NCBI GenBank assembly: GCA_039589315.1
Contig: JBDHHQ010000069.1
Coordinates: 1 to 38,447, forward strand
Reading direction: 5' to 3'
Length of the DNA: 38,447 bases
From: Gemmatimonadota bacterium
GTDB lineage: Bacteria; Gemmatimonadota; Gemmatimonadetes; Longimicrobiales; Gaopeijiaceae
Shown here: positions 36,665 to 38,447 of the stretch, piece after piece
How the letters are laid out: each line of letters opens with the position of its first letter
How positions within the stretch are numbered: position 1 is the stretch's first letter
Translations under genes and position numbers: made by a program
The notes under the pieces: generated by a model
The model's input: the letters and a program-made list of their open reading frames with translations, nothing else
Database searches by the model: none
What the model was told of the DNA's origin: nothing

Positions 36665-36870
36665 ATTGTCGGGACGATTATCGCCGCAATGGGCGTTGTG
36701 GACTCCGTTCTGGAGGGGGCGTCATCGAGCGGGCGGAGTTCCGGATGGGCGGATGAACGCGCGCTGTTACGATCTCCCACCCTCACACTCCACGCCCAGT
36801 TGCCCGAGGGTAAACGGCACTCCTATTGTTGCGCCCGGTCATTCGGCCGGAACTGAACCCGAGGAGACGT

Positions 36871-38151
36871 ATGCAGCTGTACACGAAGATTCTCGTTGGC
36901 CTCATCGCCGGTGCCGCAGTTGGTGCCTTTGCCAACCTCGCCGGGGTCGAGTGGCTGCAGAACCTGCTCGGTAACCTCGAGCCATTGGGCACCGCGTTCA
37001 TCAACCTCATCACGATGATCGTGATTCCGTTGGTGGTCGCCAGCTTGCTCGTGGGCACCGCGTCCCTCGGGGATCTCCGCAAGCTGGGCCGAATCGGTGG
37101 GAAGACGCTGGCGTACTACATGATCACGACCGCGGTCGCGGTGACGATCGGCCTGGCACTGGCCAATGTCATCCAGCCGGGCGCCGGTGTGGCCGAAACA
37201 ACACGAGACGAGCTGGCCGCGCGTTATGGTGGAGACGCCTCCGCCCGCATGGACATCGCCGAAAACGCTCCCGGCGCGGCCGAGACGTTGCTTCGCGTCA
37301 TCCCGAGAAACCCGGTCCAGGCCGCGGCCAACCTGGACCTCCTCCCCCTGATCTTCTTCACGATCTGCTTCGGAGCTGCGCTGACGGTGATTCAGCCCGA
37401 GCGGAAGGACGCCGTCCTGAACTTCTTCCACGGGATCAACGACGCCTCCATGACCCTCATAAACTGGATCATGGAGCTGGCGCCCTACGCCGTGTTCGTG
37501 CTCATCGGCTCCGTGGTGGCGAACTTCGGATTCGATCTATTGCAGAGCCTGTTGGTCTATACGCTCGTTGTGGTCGCCGGCCTCGCGCTGCACGCATTCG
37601 GAACCTATGGCCTCATCCTTCGATTCATCGCGCGTCTGAATCCGGCGCGGTTCTACAAAAGGATCGCGGCGGTCCCACTTCTGGCGTTCTCGACATCGTC
37701 ATCGAACGCGACGCTACCGCTCACCATCGAGACGGCCGAGGAGGAAATCGGCGTCTCGAACCAGGTCGCGAGTTTCGTGCTCCCACTGGGAGCCACGATC
37801 AACATGGACGGAACAGCTCTATACCAGGCGGTCGCCGTCCTGTTCATCGCCCAGATCTACGGAATCGATCTGGGTCTCGCCGAGCAGATGATCATCGTGC
37901 TAACCGCAACGCTGGCGTCGGTCGGAGCCGCAGGCGTGCCCTCAGCAGGAATCATCACTCTGATCATCGTGCTGAACGCGGTCGGGATGGGGCAGCACGT
38001 GCAGGCGGGCATCGCGCTCATTCTCGGTGTCGACCGGATTCTCGACATGATCCGCACGTCGGTGAACGTGACCGGCGACCTCACGTGCTCCGCAGTCATC
38101 GCGAGGACCGAGGGCGAGACGATCACCCTCGAACGCGCAGCAGCGCCGTGA
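36871..38151 (+). CDS. Dicarboxylate/amino acid:cation symporter (DAACS, GltP/GltT-like)
   Basis: GAGGAG RBS; AFSTSSSNATLP, LPLGATINMDGT, ASVGAAGVP and GVDRILDMIRTSVNVTGD. Confidence 0.95.
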   Translation: MQLYTKILVGLIAGAAVGAFANLAGVEWLQNLLGNLEPLGTAFINLITMIVIPLVVASLLVGTASLGDLRKLGRIGGKTLAYYMITTAVAVTIGLALANVIQPGAGVAETTRDELAARYGGDASARMDIAENAPGAAETLLRVIPRNPVQAAANLDLLPLIFFTICFGAALTVIQPERKDAVLNFFHGINDASMTLINWIMELAPYAVFVLIGSVVANFGFDLLQSLLVYTLVVVAGLALHAFGTYGLILRFIARLNPARFYKRIAAVPLLAFSTSSSNATLPLTIETAEEEIGVSNQVASFVLPLGATINMDGTALYQAVAVLFIAQIYGIDLGLAEQMIIVLTATLASVGAAGVPSAGIITLIIVLNAVGMGQHVQAGIALILGVDRILDMIRTSVNVTGDLTCSAVIARTEGETITLERAAAP

Positions 38152-38327
38152 CTCGTACCTAGCGATGACCGGGCTCGACGTACCCGTCGGTCAGGGTGGC
38201 GAAGTCCGGCTCGGGACTGTCCGGGTCCCCGATGCTGGATCGACATCACTGTCCGAGATGGTGGGGGGGCTGCGCCAGAGTCGAGTCGCGAAGAGCCCTC
38301 GCCTCCCAGCCCGGCCACTCGAGTCCG

Positions 38328-38447
38328 TCAGGCAACGGGTGTCAGTGCGTCCCTCGCCGGTGGCAGCTCGTCGACGGCCTTGCGCAGAAACTCGGCCGCG
38401 GCCGTCGGGTGGCCGAAGAAGAAGCCCTGGACTCGCCCGCACCCCAG
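38328..38447 (-). CDS. C-terminus of an EAL-domain (c-di-GMP phosphodiesterase-like) protein, cut by the window edge
   Basis: Manual translation LGCGRVQGFFFGHPTAAAEFL...PVA* matches the EAL terminal motif LGCxxxQG(Y/F)xFxxP. It is absent from the ORF track. Confidence 0.75.
   Translation of the reverse strand: MGCGRVQGFFFGHPTAAAEFLRKAVDELPPARDALTPVA

Overview
GC-rich bacterial DNA. The gene families (ADOP-type permease fragments, kinase-TolB-TPR, DUF5916, S9/S41 peptidases) suggest a Gemmatimonadota- or Acidobacteriota-like host; this is inference only. The window has two halves. (1) Positions 1-19877 look like a decaying ~19.8 kb island. It is bounded by the 3' end of a tRNA (probably Lys-CTT) plus hairpin at 1-65 and a degenerate copy of both at 19795-19877, and no integrase is visible. 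It mixes intact cargo (amidohydrolase, cyclase-TPR, DUF5916 protein, S41 peptidase) with about ten gene fragments. Inside it, a ~440 bp direct repeat (2287-2728 / 11686-12126) brackets a probable B12-dependent light-response module: two CarH/LitR-type regulators (one intact, one missing its B12-binding core), two fasciclin proteins, a secreted protein, a 5'-truncated cytochrome P450 and a TonB-dependent receptor. Their promoter regions carry TnnACA hexamers spaced 11 bp apart, the CarH operator geometry, yet no carotenoid synthesis genes are present. (2) Positions 19947-38447 are mostly intact genes: an LVIVD lipoprotein, a stop/start-coupled prpE-rhodanese-acuI operon (acrylate handling), a Ser/Thr kinase-TPR protein, a very large Tat multicopper oxidase, a MarR/FG-GAP/S9/thioredoxin-like cluster, a dicarboxylate/amino acid symporter and the end of an EAL-domain gene. 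All calls come from reading motifs by eye; no searches were run.
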